From: Planctomycetota bacterium
GTDB taxonomy: Bacteria > Planctomycetota > UBA1135 > UBA2386
Direction of reading: 5' to 3'
DNA length: 64,000 nucleotides
NCBI GenBank assembly: GCA_016794425.1
Contig: JAEUHR010000042.1
Span: 144,749 to 208,748 of the forward strand
Of this stretch, positions 62,054-64,000 are shown piece after piece; position 1 is the first letter of the stretch; every line of letters starts with the position of its first letter. Position numbers and translations under genes: made by a program. The notes under the pieces are model-generated. The model was given only the letters and a program-made list of their open reading frames with translations. It had not been told where the DNA came from and ran no database searches.

Positions 62054-63610
62054 TCACAACGTGCACAGCGCGCGGCCCAAGTCCGGCGGCGAGCGGTAGC
62101 CGCGGTACCAGTAGTTCGGCGGCCGCCAGAGCGCGCGCGGATCGACGGGCTCCGTGCCCGGCGGCAGCTGGTCGTCGCGCACGAAGAACGCGTTGACGCC
62201 GGCCTGCGTGCAGTAGACCAGCGTGTAGCCCTTGCGCCGGCCGAGCTCGGCCAGCGCCAACAGGCTGGCGCCGTAGAAGTCGCTGCCGTCCCAACGGTGC
62301 GCCGGGTCGTACGGCATCGTCAGCGCGCGGTCGAACGGCAGGTTCGCGTTGTACTCGCAGACGACGACCCGCGGCCGGCGCCGGATCGCGCGCCAGATCC
62401 ACCAGTCGTTGCCGTCGACGTCGATCGACAGCAGATCGGGTTCGTCGGGCACGCCGTGCTGGTCGAGCAGCTCGTTGATGTTCTCGGCGGTGATCCAGGC
62501 GGCGTGGATCACCGCGTCGGCGGCGGCCGGCGCGGCCATGCCGTCCATCAACAGACCGTGCCAGCCGGAGCGCCGCAGCTGCGTCGTGTTGCACTGCAGA
62601 CCGTCGCCGCAGCCGAACTCGACGTAGCAGCGGTTCGTCGTGCCGAGGCGCGCGAACAGTTCGGCCAGCACGCCGTCCTCGCCACCTTGGCTCGTGACCT
62701 GCCGTTCGGCGCGTTCGAGGTCGAAGAACGACCGCGGCGGCTGCTGCAGCGGCTGCCGCGCCGAGTCGATCGCGAGCGCCTCGATGCCGTGTGGCCACGC
62801 GGCGCGCGGGCCGGCCGCGAGTGCGACCACGAACGCGTCGTCGGCGTCGTGCTGCACGCGGCCGGCTCGGACCGGCTGCCATGCCGACCCCACGAAGCTG
62901 CGGCGCAGTCGTTCGATCGCCGAGCCGCGGCCGCGCACGACGCAGCGGGCGCCGGTCGGCAGCGCGTGGTGCACCGCGGCGAGCACGGCCGCAGCGGTCG
63001 CCGGGTCGAGGTCGTCGAGCCAGCCGTGCGCGTAGACGCCGTCGCAGTCGCCGGCCAGCGCGGGCAGCTGCGCGAGGCCGCCGGCGACGACGTCGTGGCC
63101 GCGCGCGCGGGCCGCCGCGGCCAGGCCGGGCGTGGCCTCGATCCCGGCTGTGGCGACGCCGCGCAGCCGCAGCGCGTCGAGGAACGCACCGCCGCCGGCG
63201 CCGAGTTCGACGACGCGGCGGCAGCCGGTGAACAGGTCCGCGTACGGACCGACGCGCACCATCGGCGGCGGCGCCGGCAGGTCGGCGCCGGGCTTGCGCC
63301 ACAGCAGGCCGTCGGCCGTCGCGACAGTGGGGCCGGGCAGCCCGGCCGGCGTGGCGCCGCGCAGCAGCAGCCGGCCGCCGGGCAGCAGCGCTTCGTCCAG
63401 CGCGGGCCAGAGCACCTGCGCGCTGGCGCCGGCCAGCCGGTCGAGATCGACGACGATGCCGTCGAACCGGTGCCGGAAGTGGTGCAGCCGCCGGCAATCG
63501 GCCGCCGAGCCCGCCGCCAGCGTGACGGTCGGCACACCGATCGCACGCAGCTCCGCGGCGCCGGCGTCGGCAACGGCGAGCACCATGCGGCAGTCGCGCA
63601 GCGCGTTCAC
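62054..63610 (-). CDS. Multi-domain methyltransferase (class I SAM-binding domain plus FkbM-like domain)
   Basis: VVELGAGGGAF lies in the middle. The C-terminal YVEFGCGDGLQCNT ... LLSIDVDGNDWWIW resembles FkbM-type methyltransferases. GTG 63610 overlaps the upstream stop (GTGA). Confidence 0.65.
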   Translation of the reverse strand: MNALRDCRMVLAVADAGAAELRAIGVPTVTLAAGSAADCRRLHHFRHRFDGIVVDLDRLAGASAQVLWPALDEALLPGGRLLLRGATPAGLPGPTVATADGLLWRKPGADLPAPPPMVRVGPYADLFTGCRRVVELGAGGGAFLDALRLRGVATAGIEATPGLAAAARARGHDVVAGGLAQLPALAGDCDGVYAHGWLDDLDPATAAAVLAAVHHALPTGARCVVRGRGSAIERLRRSFVGSAWQPVRAGRVQHDADDAFVVALAAGPRAAWPHGIEALAIDSARQPLQQPPRSFFDLERAERQVTSQGGEDGVLAELFARLGTTNRCYVEFGCGDGLQCNTTQLRRSGWHGLLMDGMAAPAAADAVIHAAWITAENINELLDQHGVPDEPDLLSIDVDGNDWWIWRAIRRRPRVVVCEYNANLPFDRALTMPYDPAHRWDGSDFYGASLLALAELGRRKGYTLVYCTQAGVNAFFVRDDQLPPGTEPVDPRALWRPPNYWYRGYRSPPDLGRALCTL

Positions 63611-64000
63611 GGCGTCGGGCCGGTGGTCGTCTCGGCGGAGAAGTACTCACCGGGCACGAAGCTCGCGCGCCGCCGGCCGAGGCCGCGGTAGCGGTTCTGC
63701 TGGCCGCGGAAGTCCGCCGCGGGCAGCACGCGGGCGTCGAACGTGACCCGCGTCAGGTCGGTGCGGTTCGCCGGTCCGGCGTGCAGGCAGCGCGGGTCGA
63801 ACACGACGACGTCGCCGACACCGACCTCGAGCGGCCGGCAGATGCGTTCGCAGCGCGCGATCAGCCCGGGGTCCTGCTGTGTGTCGCGGCCGAAGCGCGC
63901 GAAGTCGTGGTCGTAGGGCCGCAGCAGGTCGAGGCTCTCGTCGAGGTCGGCCAGCAGCAGCGAACGCGTCGCCTCGCACTGCACCAGCGGCACGAACACG
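63607..64000 (-). CDS. Phytanoyl-CoA dioxygenase (PhyH)-family Fe(II)/2-oxoglutarate oxygenase; N-terminus beyond the right edge
   Basis: GDVVVFDPRCLHAGPANRT is the typical PhyH C-terminal His motif context. The reading frame is open at the window edge. Confidence 0.6.
   Translation of the reverse strand, partial: VFVPLVQCEATRSLLLADLDESLDLLRPYDHDFARFGRDTQQDPGLIARCERICRPLEVGVGDVVVFDPRCLHAGPANRTDLTRVTFDARVLPAADFRGQQNRYRGLGRRRASFVPGEYFSAETTTGPTP

Overview
This is a very GC-rich (by eye about 70 percent or more, not computed), gene-dense bacterial chromosomal segment. I can support about 52 protein-coding genes. I recognised no rRNA, tRNA, CRISPR array, transposase or integrase. Because of the GC content, the supplied ORF track is dominated by long antisense shadow ORFs rich in Arg/Ala/Gly/Pro. 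I therefore called genes from recognisable protein motifs, start-codon context and neighbour spacing. Many starts are GTG and several are uncertain by tens of nt.

Content:
- Housekeeping genes: gcvP, miaB, ribD, infC, an OdhA/Kgd-type E2-E1 fused 2-oxoglutarate dehydrogenase, class II ribonucleotide reductase nrdJ, moaC, asd, accB, accC, pfkA.
- Exported proteins: a Kelch-type propeller, a BNR/IPT lipoprotein, a Tat-signal SDR and an S41 protease.
- One Phd/VapC toxin-antitoxin pair, next to a 112-bp tandem duplication of the nrdJ 3' end.

Most interesting, in order:
1. A roughly 16-kb nucleotide-sugar/glycan cluster (48380 to the right edge). It joins a GDP-heptose module (HddC::GmhB fusion plus HddA) to an orphan TPP E1 alpha/beta pair, a B12-binding radical SAM enzyme, a GT2::GT4 fusion and several tailoring enzymes.
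2. Two tandem, full-length paralogous secreted proteins with no domain I recognise (18399..21260).
3. A compositionally aberrant island carrying a Trp/Cys-rich orphan secreted protein (21915..23771).
4. A PsrB::PsrC-like Fe-S/membrane fusion translationally coupled to a cysteine-desulfurase-like enzyme.
5. A [2Fe-2S]-ferredoxin::methyltransferase fusion divergent from an EgtB/OvoA-like enzyme.

All functional calls rest on motif recognition by eye and need HMM or BLAST confirmation.
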